From: Amoebidium appalachense
Taxonomy: Eukaryota; Protista; Ichthyosporea
DNA length: 64,000 nt
Reading direction: 5' to 3'
Assembly: GCA_963693365.1 (NCBI GenBank)
Contig: CAVNZM010000001.1
Coordinates: 12,736,161-12,800,160 of the forward strand
A model generated the notes under the pieces. The model did not search any database and was not told the origin of the DNA. It saw only the letters and a program-made list of their open reading frames with translations. Both the position numbers and the translations under genes were made by a program. Below are positions 14,328-28,265 of the stretch, in pieces (within the stretch, counting starts at the first letter, position 1; every line of letters begins with the position of its first letter).

Positions 14328-15457
14328 TCCCCTCCTTTCCCCCTCTGTGTCATGTCTGTCGTGAATGTGTACCTTTTTACTCCATATGAATTCTAACCCC
14401 CCCCCCCCCCCCCCCCAGATCGACCCGTTTGCACAGTGGATCACCCCAGCCACCATACGGGACTACGTGCAGCCCTCCACCCAGGTTGCTGCTGTGTTCC
14501 GGTTCCTGGCCTGGGAGACAGTCAGGACGGTGGGTGAACGCAACAGCCACAGTGCACGTGTGTCTGGCAAAGAGTTGTTTATGATTGATTGGATTGATGG
14601 ATATCCAAATTGTAGTGTGGAGTATGGTGTGGGTGCATGTATGGTGTGAGTGCACGTATGGTGTGAGTGCATTATGATGTGCATGTATGGTGTGTGTTTG
14701 TGTTTATGCAAGCAACTCTTTGGTTCGTTGCCGACTGATGTTGGGGAATGCAGCTGACAGAGAGGGCTCTGGAGCTCAAACACAGCAGGCAGCAGCGGGA
14801 TATGGAGGTGGGTGGAGGGGTGTGGTGTCGTAGTGGTTCCCATGCAGTTGTTGTTTTCCTGCGTATGGCTGTGGGTACGTGGGTGTGTAGATGTGTGTGT
14901 GGGCGGTTGACTGAAAGGGTGCCATGACGACGATTTGTATGTATGTAAGGAACCAAAAAGGTATTGGGCTATGTTACGGGAGTCCGAGAGGGAGAAAGTG
15001 TATATGTTTGAGACTTGGTAGTGAGCTTGGTGCATGGCTGGGGGGTCGGGTAGCTGAGACATGCGGGGTTGTCTAAGGGATGACAAGGCATGGCTCTTTG
15101 CTGGGCACGTGTGTGTGGCTGCTTTGTATGTTTTGTGATGGTGGTCGTGGTTTTTTTTTTTTTTTTTGTTTTGTTTTTTGTTGGGGGAGAAGGGGGGGGG
15201 GGGGGGGGGGGGGGGGGGGGGCTGCTGCTTGTCGGGTATCTGGGCTTGGGAGGGGAGGGAAAGGGCAGATGGGTGGAGGGGGCATGCTGACAGGGGGGAC
15301 TTTGTGGGTTGGCAGCAGCATGTGCAGCAGCCCCCACCCAGCCACCCCCTTTTCCAGCCACGGCAGGTGTGTGCATCGGTCCTCTCTCCCCCCCCCCCCC
15401 TCCCCCCCCCCCCCCCCCCCCCCTTCCCCGCTTTCCTCGCCCGGCACCCTCCCTCCC

Positions 15458-15488
<31 letters not shown>

Positions 15489-15585
15489 ACACACCACCCC
15501 ACCCACCCACCCACCCATCCAACCGCGCAGGCGCTGATAAAAGTTGATGATATATAGGGGGGGAAGGAAGGGGTGACTTGTGTGT

Positions 15586-15637
<52 letters not shown>

Positions 15638-15736
15638 TTCTCCAGGGAGTGCACCACTCTTGACACTCAAGTATATGCAGCGTGCTGGGTAATCCTTTTA
15701 CCTAGGAGAGCTTGGGTTTGAAACGCCCCGGGGGAA

Positions 15737-15769
<33 letters not shown>

Positions 15770-15932
15770 GGGAGGGAGGGGGGAGGAGGGGGGGGGGGGG
15801 GGGGGTTGCCGAAGTTAGTGGGAAACCGCAGACGAACTACGGTGGGTGGTGGCCAACATGCATACCTCCAAGCATGACCCGTGGCTGCAACAGCCTGAAC
15901 ACTGCCATGCCCTAAGTTTACTGAACCAACCA

Positions 15933-15970
<38 letters not shown>

Positions 15971-16091
15971 TCCCCCACCACCACCACCGACACACACACA
16001 ACCACCCACACACACACACACACACACCCACAGACACACACACACACGCGCACATGCACACCCACACCCACACCCACCCCCCCTCCCCCCC

Positions 16092-16131
<40 letters not shown>

Positions 16132-16283
16132 CCACGGCCGGCTGTGTTTCACCTTCACTCACGGTGCAGGACATACGTCTTGCGCTAGAGATGCACAACA
16201 CAAGGCCAATGTCCCTACTGCCTGGTATTGGCCCAAAAAGGCCCCAGCCCCCAGGCAGTCTGCTGCTCCTGTGTCCGGCCTGA
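10697..16283 (+). CDS. SPT3: SPT3/SUPT3H-like SAGA histone-fold subunit (multi-exon; 5' end undetermined)
   Basis: Phase-consistent GT-AG exons ~10697-10924, 11774-11860, 12240-12324, 12963-13085, 13423-13478, 13796-13879, 14419-14529, 14754-14807 and 16131-16283. They give [76 protein letters not shown] and [10 protein letters not shown], matching the Spt3 motif order. Confidence 0.85.
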
Positions 16284-16531
16284 TCGGTTTTGGGCAGGGG
16301 AGTGTGTCGTGGTGGGAAGGGCGATAGTCTCGTTGGCCATACGGCTGCTGGAACATCGTGTTGCTGGGCTGGCTAAGGTGTGGTTTACGAAAGCAATCTA
16401 GGTCCCAAATGATTCTCACGACAGGCAGTGCAGATGCGGCACACGTGCGTGCGATTGATACAATTGGGCAACATGGGTGACCGGTGGGTATTGTGCACGG
16501 TGGGGAGCAGTGCCGCACAGGTACTTTGTAG

Positions 16532-16730
16532 GTGGCAGTGCGAGAGTAGAATATGCTTGTTGAATGAGTGGCGGCAATGCGAGAGTAGAATATGCATGTT
16601 AAAATGAATGGTGGCAATGCGAGGGTAGAATAATTATGCATGTTGAATGAATGGTGGCAATGTGAGAGTAGAATATCATGTTGAATGTTGGTGGCAATGC
16701 GAGAATAGAATATGCATGTTGAATGAATGC
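16532..16730. repeat. Degenerate ~40-bp minisatellite (GTGGCAATGCGAGAGTAGAATATGCATGTTGAATGAATG), ~5 copies
   Basis: Directly visible tandem units downstream of the SPT3 stop. Confidence 0.9.
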
Positions 16731-17015
16731 ACCTGGAGGAAGACGCAAATGCCAAAAGTTTTGGATGTTTAGCTCATATATCATATAAAGATCAAGAGCC
16801 CAAAACAACTTGGTCTGTGGCATAGAGTGCTAATAGCACCATAAATGGTAAATACAGTCACGTCGTGCCTATCGGATTGACCATGAGTACACATAACACC
16901 ACACATCTGCTATGACGTGGCGCACACCAACACACACACACACAGTGCACACACACACACACAAACCACACACGTGCAGGTGCACAACTAACTAGTAACT
17001 CATCCATACACGCAC

Positions 17016-17257
17016 AGAGAGACCAAGCATCACACATGCGGACATCGTGCCACTAGAACGTGGCTATAGGGCCTCCACGTCACATACTACACGCCACACC
17101 CCGTAGCGGGCACACACGCGGACGCAGTCACTGGGGCACGTGTGTGCCCCCAATACAATACAGGGGAGCAGGGCTGTGCAGTCTATGTGACGTGGATGCT
17201 TAGCCATGTTCTAGTGCTAAGATGTGCATGCATGCATATGTGTGATGCTTTGTCTCT
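17016..17257. repeat. Imperfect ~240-bp fold-back (long inverted repeat)
   Basis: Collinear arm pairs AGAGACCAAGCATCACACAT/ATGTGTGATGCTTTGTCTCT, CACTAGAACGTGGCTA/TAGCCATGTTCTAGTG, TCCACGTCACATA/TATGTGACGTGGA and GGGCACACACG/CGTGTGTGCCC. Confidence 0.85.
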
Positions 17258-17463
17258 ATGAGCACGTATTGTCAGGATGGATTACTAATATAGTTGTGCA
17301 TCACTCGCGGCCGTTCTCCCTCTCCCTCTCTCTTCTTGAGAGAAACCGGTCGAGAGGGAGACAGAAAGCCGCAGAGAGAGAGAGCAATATATATTAATTG
17401 CATGACATTGTGTGCATTAACACAGGTGTGCGCTCGTTGAGCATATTTTGCATTGGACCAGCT

Positions 17464-17560
<97 letters not shown>

Positions 17561-17574
17561 CCTCTCCCCCCCCC

Positions 17575-17607
<33 letters not shown>

Positions 17608-17801
17608 ACCCACCCCCACCCCTCTCTCACTCTCAGCCTGCCTCTCTCTCAAAGTTTGCTACGGAGCCATCTAAGCCATCTACCTGACATGTATCCACCT
17701 AACCGGGTCAGGCTGAGTGAGACGACCAGCTGCGGCTGGCCAGGCTGATTCATGAGCCTGGCAGCGGCTAGGATACATAGGAAGATAGATCACGTACTGT
17801 A

Positions 17802-19907
17802 TAGGCCCTTGCAAAAGTATTCCAATTTTTGCCCTGAATATCATTTGGGATATATCACGAAATGTTGCCGTGAATATCCAAAAAAGTATCCCGGCAAAAG
17901 CCCCTGAATATCATTTGAAAATATCTTAAAGGCCCCTTAGTATCACGGGATACATCCAAAATATCTCGACTTTGACCTGAATATCAAGTCGAAATATCCC
18001 GGGGACTTCACTTTTACTTCGATCTCTTAGCTGTCACATCAATTTTTTTTCCCGATTCTTCACCATGGCAGGTATATAAAGGCTTTCGTTTTTTCTTTTT
18101 GTGGTGGGAAGGGGTCCCACTTAGGGGAATGTGACACTGTGTGTGTGTAGTGTGACCTTGTCTATTCCTACTGCTGTGAGAGTGTGGGGACATCTCCCTT
18201 CCGCGGAGTTTCTCGCTTGAGGAGTGGTTTCTTCGACATCTGGTGGCCCACTGCAACTTACGGAGACTTCTACACGCTATCTACGCTTCTACGCGAGCTA
18301 TTGGCGGTGGGCTGCTGCAACTTCTTCAACTGCTTCTGCGCTGCGTGAGTAGAGGGGTAGCTACTGGGTCGTCGAGGAGCACATTTCCTTGACAACTGCC
18401 GTGTTTTCAGCCTTCAACAGTATGGCAATGAGTGGGTTTGCTTGCGTGCATTCTGTAGTTGTGTTTTCCTGTGTGTCCTGCAACAACTAGGCTACCATAT
18501 CAAAGAGTTAGAGACAGCTTCTGCGGGTTTTCTAGGGGACGGGCCCGTGGGGATTGTTTTCTCGCTCGGATTTGGTCTGCATTGCTCTTTAACTGAAAGG
18601 GCTGACTTGCTTGCTGTGCCCCGGTAGGTTTTGAGGGGGGCCGGTTGGGGGGCAGCAGTAATGATGTCTTCTTGCAGAGTGTGGCCTGGTCATCATGATC
18701 GCTGCAGATGACTAGTTGAAGCAAACTAGTTTCACGCATATACGTGCACTTGACAAGTACCTTTGCCCGCTGGTGTCCTTTGGTCACTTGTTGTTTTATT
18801 TTTTATTTCATCGCTGTGGCTCTTTTGAAGTCGGTTATTTTGGTGGTCATGTAGCCTGTGGCTGCACGTTGCCTTCATATCCACTGGACCACTGATCAAT
18901 AAATCCCAGCCAAGAGAAAATATATCCTGCCTAGTCCCTGAATATCACGAGATATATCATATTTCGGACTTCACTTTCACTTTGATGTCTTAGCTGTCAC
19001 GTCAACTTTTTTTTCCCGATTCTTCACCATGGCAGGTATATAAGGGCTTTCGTTTCTTCTTTTTGTGGTGGGAGGGAGTCCCACTCGGGGAAACGTGACT
19101 GCAGCGTGTGTGTGGTGTGGCCTGGTGTATTCCTACTGCTGTGAGAGTGTGGGGGCATCTCCCTTTCGCGGAGTTTCTCGCTTGAGAAGTGGTTTCTTCA
19201 ACGCCTGGTGGTCCACTGCAACCTATGGTAACTTCTACACGCTGTCTATGCTTCTACGCGACCTATTGGCGGTGGGCTGCTGCAACTTCTTCAGCTACTT
19301 CTGCGCTGCGTGAGTGGAGGGGCGGCTACTTGGTCGTCGGGGAGCTTTCCAAGTGACTGCCAGTCCTTAGCCTCCAGTCGTATGGCAATGACCGGGTTTG
19401 CTTGCATGCATTCTGTAATTGTGTTTTTCTGTGTGTCCTGCCACAACTAGACCACCTTATCAGAGAGCTAGATGCAGTTTCTCCGCGTTATCTAGGGGCC
19501 GGGCCCGTTGGGATTGTTTTTTAGCTCAGATTTGGTCTGCATTGCTCTTTTAGAGGCTGACTTGCTTGCTGTGCCTCGGTAGGTTTTGAGGGGGGCCTGT
19601 TGGGAAGCAGCAGTAATGATGTCTTCTTGCGGAGTGTGGTCTGGTCAACATCAATGCATATGACTAGTTGGAGCAAACTAGTTTCACGCATACACGTACA
19701 CTTAAGGGTTTGCCCGCTGGTGTCCTTTGTCACTTGTCGCTTTATTTTTATTTCGTAGCTTTGGCTTTTTCAGTTCTATTGGTGGTTATGTAGCCTGTGG
19801 CTGCACGTTGCCTTCATCAACGGATCAATAAAACCGAGTCAAAAGAAAATATTTCGAATTGGCCCCTGAATATCAAAAGATATTCGGGATATTTTTGCAA
19901 GGGCCTA
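17802..19907. mobile_element. Non-autonomous TIR DNA transposon, hAT-like, with an internal ~960-bp tandem duplication
   Basis: TIR TAGGCCCTTGCAAAA (17802) / TTTTGCAAGGGCCTA (ends 19907). Repeated subterminal CCTGAATATCA motifs. ATCACGTA on both flanks, the left copy separated from the TIR by CTGTA. Duplicated units start at ~18003 and ~18966. Confidence 0.8.
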
Positions 19908-19944
19908 ATCACGTACCAGCAGGGTAAACTGATCGGTCTCCGGT

Positions 19945-20025
19945 AGTGACCAATCACAAACCGCAAAACCCAGTGTGTAGCCAATCACTAAGGACTTACC
20001 TGAGTCGCCTCCCTGATTGGACAAC
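19945..20025. promoter_or_regulatory. CCAAT-box cluster, probable promoter of the OCA2-like gene
   Basis: GACCAATCA (~19949), GCCAATCA (~19980) and TGATTGGAC (~20015), about 0.5 kb upstream of the ATG at 20482. Confidence 0.5.
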
Positions 20026-20481
20026 CAGATCAGGGTGTGAAACTACACTTTCGGTTCACCGGTCCGCGGGGGTTATGGCATTGAGGGGAAGATTTCTTGG
20101 CGGCGGCCTTGCTTGCACTGCTGTTTGGTTCTGAGAGGGCCACCGACCTTCCTGATATGTGTCTCTGCGCTGTGCATGCATGAGAAATCGGCGGACGTGT
20201 CTCAGACCCCGGTGACATTACAGTACTATTGTACTACTTGAACACGCAGGCTCGCCAGTGTGCTCACGTACCAGGTACTTTTGTGGATGTGCCATATGCG
20301 CTGTTGATTGGTCACCGGTCACTCGCATGTATGCATTGCGCAATGCATCAACAGCTCGTTCGCTGTCACAGCGCGGCCGTAAAAAGCGGCCCTGTTTATT
20401 TTTCCAAAGGAGAATTCTCTGGCCGTGCAGATGGCTGCAAGTGTGCAAACGAACACGGGCCTCCCGTCCCACAAGCTGGAT

Positions 20482-22392
20482 ATGGCGGATGCCACGGCTA
20501 ACCGTACGGACGATGACAAGAAGGCGACCCTCACGGACCTCCCTCCCATCGATGATGAGCTAAGCGTGGATGGGGTGATCAACAGTGATAGGTGCGTGCC
20601 CATGGGCATTCATGCCACAGAGGTGTCGGCAAGGTCAACGCGGAGTGGGCGGCACGTGTATATACGCGATGAGATCGGGCACGAGGTGCGTGCAAACGTG
20701 TTATATCTAAGTTGGGCAGGGGGACCTGTCCGTGCAAGGTGCCACTGGGGCAATGTGCATCGTTGGGTGGCAGGATCACATGTGCCTCACTTTGCGGTGA
20801 CAAATCTAGATTCTTGATGCTAGAAAGTTTGGGCGGTTGCACACTAACCGACCACATAACTGTAAGATGTTCTCTAAAGATTTTACGTGGATCACCACTC
20901 GACCCTGTAAGCCCACTTGTACAGCTATTACTGTCTGCGGACCTGCACTGGCCTATTCAGCCCGCATGTCTGTCTGTCTGTGGGGACCATCGGCACCTCA
21001 TGTTGTTATGCTGCAGATGCTTGTCCATGTCAGTGCCCCCACCGTGCAGTCTTACGTATTGTCGTATGTGGCCATGCTGGCAGCGCCTACTCAACGCTAC
21101 TATGAAAGTCTTGTTTCATTGCATGCTGTGCGAGAGATTGTCGCAACAGTGAGTGTCAACGCTTGCACACACCCGCCTGATTGTTAACACTGACGACTCC
21201 TTGCAGGGCGGCCATGACCATGGGTTTCTGGACCAGCCCATGTACGAGCACTCGTACTCGCGCTCGCGGGTGCGCCAACACCACGAGGCCGTAGTGCCCT
21301 TCCGCGAGAGCAAAGTCGACCCAAGCCAGAAACTGGGGCCCAGGGCATACCTGCGGGCGGCGGTGGTGGCGGTGGTGGCCATAGCCATTGTGGTGTGCTA
21401 TCTGACCCTGGGAAAGACCGTGCACCACCCGGACCACGAATTGGAGCACATGATGGTGCGTGCTGTGCGTGTTTTTTGTGTGCATGGTCTGTGTGGTGGT
21501 GCATGGTGGATGCAAATGCTTGCATGTTCCCTACTAGGAAATGTGGTGCTCTGCATGGTGTTTATGTGGAGTGCATCGCAGGTGGTTGCGTTGCATTTTG
21601 CAATTGCCAGTGGTTTACCTTGCCTGAAAGTGTTAAATTGCGGTGCTGTAGCATGTCTGTGCTGCTGGCTACACGTGATTCCGAGCAAGTAAACAGGTGG
21701 GCCCTCCATGCACAACATACCGCTCACCGCGAGCATGCAGGCACTTCTGCCGAATGCGCCAACGTACTACCCGCTGGAGACTGGGCGGCCACTTTCTCAT
21801 GTGGAGTATCTTGTGCGGGTGGACTTTGGCCCGCCTGCTGCTGACGGCCCACCCCCCATGCTGCTGGTGGACGTGGTGCAGCGGCAGACAGCAGGAGACA
21901 ACTGGGCGCCAGTGCCGGGCATGCAGACGCAGACAGCACAGCAGTATGGTGGTGACCTGGTGGGTCTATGCCTTGTCTAAATGAGGAAAAATATTGACTT
22001 GATTGATGAAGGGTCTAAAACTAAGTCGGATGGGATGAATGGGTGAAGGTTTCTGCGACCTTTCGTGCTAGGGAAAACGGGGTGAAGAGCCTATATAACC
22101 TGGCATTGCTCAATCTGGTGTCGAATTGTGAGCACATCTTCGCCATTCAGACACGCATGCACTTTCCTACCATATACACGGGGGACATAACTTTTGCACC
22201 CCCTTGCACATGCTGCACCCTCTGACCACGTATCTGTGCCCCTGCAGCTGCGGGCACTAGGGTCGTTTGATGTGGCATGTGCCAACTGCACGGGCCCAAA
22301 GTTTGCCCTGCGATTTGGCGGCAGCACAGGCAGCCCGGCAGCAATGTGGCTGCATGTCGTGCAGCTGGGACCTATTGGAAGGTGGGTGTGGG

Positions 22393-22432
<40 letters not shown>

Positions 22433-24286
22433 ACTGCTTGTGTGTGCCCCCGGGCACTCGGGTATGTGTGTGCGCATGTGTGTGTGTGTGTGCACTGCGT
22501 GTGTGTGCCCCCCAGGCACTCGGGTATGTGTGTGCGCATGCGTGTATTTGTGTGTGTGTGTGCCAGCGTGCGTGCATCGGCGTGCGTGCTTCTATATGTA
22601 TGTGCATGAGCACACTTTCTTGTATGGATGTGATGTGTGCTGCATGTGCCTGTGCTGACCCATGGTAGAACACAACATGATGTGAATGATACACCGTGGG
22701 CCCTTGTATGTTTGTGCTGAGCGTGTGTGGTGCAGGTACCAGGTGGCCATAGCCGGGACCTTGCTGCTGCTCATGTATGTGGGCATAGCCACCGATGTGG
22801 TGCACCGTACCCTGCTGGCCCTGGTTGCTATGTTTGTCACCATCCTGTTTTTGACCGTCCTCGGCAAGTCCCCGATGCTGGCTGTGGTGCGCACCTCCAC
22901 CCATCCCCCCCCCCCCCCCATCCCCCCCCCCCCCCCCCCCCCCTCCCCCCCCCCCCCCCACCCCCCCCCCCTCCCCCCCCCCCCCCCCCCCCCCCCCCGC
23001 CCGCCCGGACAATGACCCCATATGTGTAGTAGCAATCCTTGGTTACAGTTATGACATCTAAAAAGACATACAGTGTGACATTGGCATTGAAGTGAATTTG
23101 CAGTGGTTTGGATGTGTGCTGTGTGACACTTCGGCACGACGGCCAATCTGTGCACTGCCACGTGCAGCAATTGCACTCCAGCCATAAATGCACACATTTA
23201 TGTGCACATGCAGACACCAAGATAAACATTCACACACACCTACATTTGCATAGAACATAACACAAGTACACACATGCATACGTCGACCTTCACATGCACA
23301 CACACACACACACACAGAAGCACGGGATGTTACATACGTGGAACACACAATGGCAGGGCACACTTACTCACAGGCATACAGCCATAGGCATGCACCTACA
23401 CACAAACACACACACACCACAGCATGCATGTAGGTCAAAACACAATCTCTTCTCGAGCACTCAGGATCATATACACGTGCATATTGGTACACCACACATG
23501 CACAACCAGACAGATGCATACCCCCAACACATGCATTACCCACACACACATGCATGCCCACACACACATGCATGTCCACACACACATGAATTACCCACAC
23601 ACACATGCATGTCCACACACACATGCATGCCCACACACACATGCATGCCCACACACACATGCATGCCCACACACACATGCATGCCCACACACACATGCAT
23701 GCCCACACACACATGCATGCCCACACACACATGCATGCCCACACACACACACATGCATGCCCACACACACACACATGCATGCCCACACACACATGCATGC
23801 CCACACACACATGCATGCCCACACACACATGCATGCCCACACACACACACACACATGCATGCCCACACACACACACATGCATGCCCACACACACATGCAT
23901 GCATGCCCACACACACATGCATGCCCACACACACATGCATACCCACACACACATGCATGCCCACACACACACACACACACATGCATGCCCACACACACAT
24001 GCATACCCACACAGACTAAAGCTGTGTCATGCAGGCTGTGATGATGCACAGGGTTAGGAACAGGAACCATGTACAACCAAGCGCACAGACTCATACAAAC
24101 CACACACAAACACAGACATGTAGCCCACATTTGCACACGTGCACACACACACACACACACCGTTACACGGTGTGGTATTCACTCAAAATGTGTTCATACA
24201 AAAAAAAAAATGAATCACAGTGCACCTATACGTCGCGCTCGAGGATGCACACACACACAGACACACACACACATGCGCGCGCGCAC

Positions 24287-24325
<39 letters not shown>

Positions 24326-24406
24326 CACACACGCACGCACACACACACACACGCACACACACACACACACAAACACTCATGCGCACACACTCACGCGCAC
24401 CGTGTG

Positions 24407-24448
<42 letters not shown>

Positions 24449-24543
24449 ACACACCGACATCATTGCGCGCCACGCGAGGCCCACACAACGTTGTGCGCAC
24501 ATACACCCACACCTTCAGTGGGGGCCCCTAACCCTCCCCCCCC

Positions 24544-24574
<31 letters not shown>

Positions 24575-27500
24575 ACCACAGGCGTTTAGCTGGCTGGACG
24601 AGGGTGTGCTGACGCTGCTGTTTGGGATGATGGTGGTGGTCAACGTGTACAGTGAGACGGGCATGTTTGAGTGGATCGCCATCAGAGCATATGTGCTGTC
24701 TGGCCAGAAGTATGTCCTGTTCTCCTAGGCCTGCATGCATGCATTGTGGCCTGCATAGTTTACATTCCTGCTATTTCTGCCCCTAATTAAATTTATTACT
24801 TTTGCATACTTGACATTCCATCACCACCGTGAGTGTATAAGTTCTGCATGCTTGGCATTCCTGCACCCACACAAATGCATGGATTGCTCTGCGTACTCGT
24901 CATGCCGGCACATATAAGCACATTGGCGCTGCATACCTACCCTTTGTGAACACGTTGCCTCTGCATACTTAACATTCCTGCATGTATATAAACACTTTGA
25001 CTCTGCATATTTTGCATTCCTGCCTATATATTAACACACCCTGCACCTACATATCATAATGCATACATTTTTGTTCTAACACCACCCCACAGCTACACCC
25101 GGCTGATGGTGCTACTCACCCTAGCCACTGCCCTCCTATCCGCCTTCCTTGACAACGTGACGACCATGCTGCTCATTGCCCCTGTGACCATCAGGCTGGC
25201 CAAGGACCTGTTGCACTTGGACCCAAGACCCCTGCTGATGGCCGAGTGTATCATGTCGAATATTGGCGGCACAGCTACCATGATCGGTGGGTGTACTGCC
25301 ATAGCCCCCACCCCCCCCTCTTTGTACACCGGTTCCTGATTATTTTGCCCGCAGGGGGACGAGGGGGAGGGCTGGGGGGGGGGGGGGGGGGGGGGGGAAG
25401 AGGGGGGAGAGGGGGGTTACAAGAATATGCACACAGATTGCAAGAAGCCGTGCAGCTTGTATTGGAGGGGGAGGGGGGGGGGGGGGGGGAGGGGGATCGG
25501 AAGATGTGGGGGGAGGAGGGGGGGGAAGGGGGCGGAGAGGAAGGCGGAGAGGGGGAGTGGGGAGGAAAGGGAATAAGCACAAGCACGTGGATTGCAAGAG
25601 CCCATGCAGCTTGTATATATTGAAACGGGGCCTAGGGCACAAACTAACAGGTTGACTTATTAACACTGGTGACATACTCATGCACACATGCGCGCCCAGG
25701 CATATGCACCCCCCCCCCCCCCCCCCCACCCACCCACCCACCCACCCACACACACACACACACAGGTGACCCCCCCAACATCATCATTGGTGCACGGCTA
25801 CGTGGCACCATTGGCTTTGTGGACTTTATCATCAACCTTGCCCCCTGTGTGGTGTTCCTCTATGGTTTCTGCCTGGCCTTCCTGCTGTTCTACTACAGAA
25901 CGGAGCTCAAGTATGCAACCCCCCTCCCCCCCCCTCCCCCCCCCCCCCCCATCCATCGTCCCCCCTCCCCCCCCCCCCCCCCCCACCCCACCCTCACCCA
26001 CTCACCCACTTACAACACTACCTCCCCCTCCCCCATCCCCCCCTCCCCCCCCCACTATCTTCCAAAAAAGGGACCCAAATCAAAAGGCATAGAAATCCCA
26101 CATGCAAAACCGGCCAATAATTAGCAGGGTGGGTGGCCTGCATCCACCATGTCTGACCTATGTGCTTGCAGGCAGCCCCTCCTTGCCCTGGACGTATCAG
26201 CGCTCAAGCAGGAGTACTGCATCAGGCAGCCGGCCCTCCTGCTTGATGTCAGCATAGTCTTTGGTGCGGTGCTGCTCTTGTTCTTCACCGAGCCCCTGCA
26301 CCATGTGAGTGTGGCTTGGTCGGCCCTGCTAGGTGCCGTGCTGATGCTGCTGCTGGCACACCCCCACGACATCGTGCACACCCTGGAGCATGTGGAGTGG
26401 GACACGCTGGTGTTCTTCTCGGCCCTGTTCATCATGATCGAGGGTGTGTGCATGCAGTTATGATCGAGGGTGTGTGCATGCAGTCATGATCGATGGTGTG
26501 TGCATTGATCGAGGGTGTGTGCGTGCAGTCATGATCGAGGGTGTGTGCATGCAGTCATGATCGAGGGTGTGTGCATGCAGTCATGATCGAGGGTGTGTGC
26601 ATGCAGTCATGATCGAGGGTGTGTGCATGCAGTCATGATCGAGGGTGTGTGCATGCAGTCATGCGCGTGGGTCCATGCATGCCTGTGTGTGCACATGCAC
26701 GTGTCTGCATGCCTGTGTGCCTGTGTTTGCATATCTGTGTGCCTGTGTGCCTGTGCGCCTGTGTGCCTGTGTTTGCATATCTGTATGCCTGTGTGCCTGT
26801 GTGCCTGTGTTTGCATATCTGTGTGCCTGTGTGCCTGTGTGCCTGTGTGCCTGTGTGCCTGTGTTTGCATATCTGTGTGCCTGTGTGCCTGTGTGCCTGT
26901 GTGCCTGTGTGCCTGTGTTTGCATATCTGTGTACCTGTGTGCCTGTGTGCCTGTGTGCCTGTGTGCCTGTGTGCCTGTGTGCCTGTGTTTACATATTTGT
27001 GTGCCTGTGTGCCTGTGTGCCTGTGTTTGCATATCTGTGTGCCTGTGTGCTCGTGTGCCTGTGTATGTGTGCCTGTGTACCTGTGTTTGCATATCTGTGT
27101 GCCTGTGCACCTGTGTCTGCCTATCTGTGTGCCTGTGCACCTGTGTTTGCATATCTGTGTGCCTGTTCACCTGTGTTGCACATTCGTGTGCCTGTGCACA
27201 TGTGTTTGCATATCTGTGTGCCTGTCTACCTGTGTTTGCATATCTGTGTGCCTGTGTACCTGTGTTTGCATATCTGTGTGCCTGTGTACCTGTGTTTGCA
27301 CAATTGTGTGCCTCTGTGACTCTGTTTGCATATCTGGGTGCCCGTGTACCTGTGTTTGCATATCTGTGTGCCTGTGTGCCTGTGTTTGCATATCTGTGTC
27401 CGTGCACCCGTGTCACTGTGTGCCTGTGTGCCTCTGTTTGCATGTCATTGTGGTTGTTGCCTGCAGCACACATGCTGCACAGCTGAATGGCTGTGTGACT

Positions 27501-28265
27501 CTTTTCCGTGCTGACCGTGCCACGCAGGGCTTGCCGAGATGGGGCTTATCCTGTGGATTGGGGACACTGTACGGGGCTGGGTTGGTGCCGTGCCTGAGGA
27601 CATGCGGCTGGCCGTAGCCATCCTGATCCTGCTGTGGGTGTCGGGCATAGTCAGTGCTTTTCTGGACAACATACCATACACGGCCACCATGGTGCCTGTG
27701 GTGCTTGCACTGGGCAACGACCCAAACCTTAATCTGCCTCTAAAGCCCCTGGCCTGGGCCCTGGCACTGGGTGCTTGTCTGGGCGGTAACGGCACCCTGG
27801 TATGCAACCCCCTCCCCCTACACGCCCCCCCCTCCCCCTCCCCCCCCCCCCCCCCCCCCCTCCCTCCCTCCCCTCCCTCCTCCCCTCCCGCGCGCCCATA
27901 AAAAACCACACACACATACGCGCGCGCGCGCAAATACACACACACATGCGCGCGCGCACGCACACACACACACACACACAACACACATACACACACACAC
28001 AGAGAGAGAGAGAGAGGGAGGGAGATAGAGAGAGCTTGAATCAGATATTGCATGGGGGGTGGCTGCATGCATTATATGGTGCTGACCATGGGCACAGATT
28101 GGAGCGTCAGCCAACGTGGTGACGGTGGGGCTAGCTGGGCGGCATGGGTACCCTATCAGCTTCATGCTGTGGCTGAGGGCGGGCTTCCCGGTGGTGCTGC
28201 TGTCCCTGCTGCTGGCCACCGCATACTGCATGGTCGTATATGTGGCTGTGGGGTTTGGCGGGTAG
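20482..28265 (+). CDS. OCA2: P-protein/OCA2-like ArsB/NhaD-superfamily membrane transporter (~11 exons)
   Basis: Exons encode VVHRTLLAL (22736-22886), [24 protein letters not shown] (~24582-24710), [32 protein letters not shown] (25094-25286), DPPNIII (25766-25911), [17 protein letters not shown] (26172-26442), [28 protein letters not shown] (27527-27799) and [12 protein letters not shown] (28098-28265). The N-terminal exons are less certain. Confidence 0.92.
23540..24012. repeat. Intronic 16-bp minisatellite (CACACACATGCATGCC)n
   Basis: Directly visible. Confidence 0.95.
26432..26662 (+). repeat. 26-bp tandem repeat (TCATGATCGAGGGTGTGTGCATGCAG), ~9 copies, spanning an exon/intron junction
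   Basis: The first unit is the exon end (IMIEG) plus the GT donor. Confidence 0.93.
26690..27445. repeat. Compound intronic minisatellite (GCCTGTGT)n / GTTTGCATATCTGTGT
   Basis: Directly visible. Confidence 0.93.

Noticed and set aside
16532-16730. CRISPR-like repeat array
   Set aside because: The units are contiguous without unique spacers, and there are no cas genes. The same applies to 26432 and 63243.
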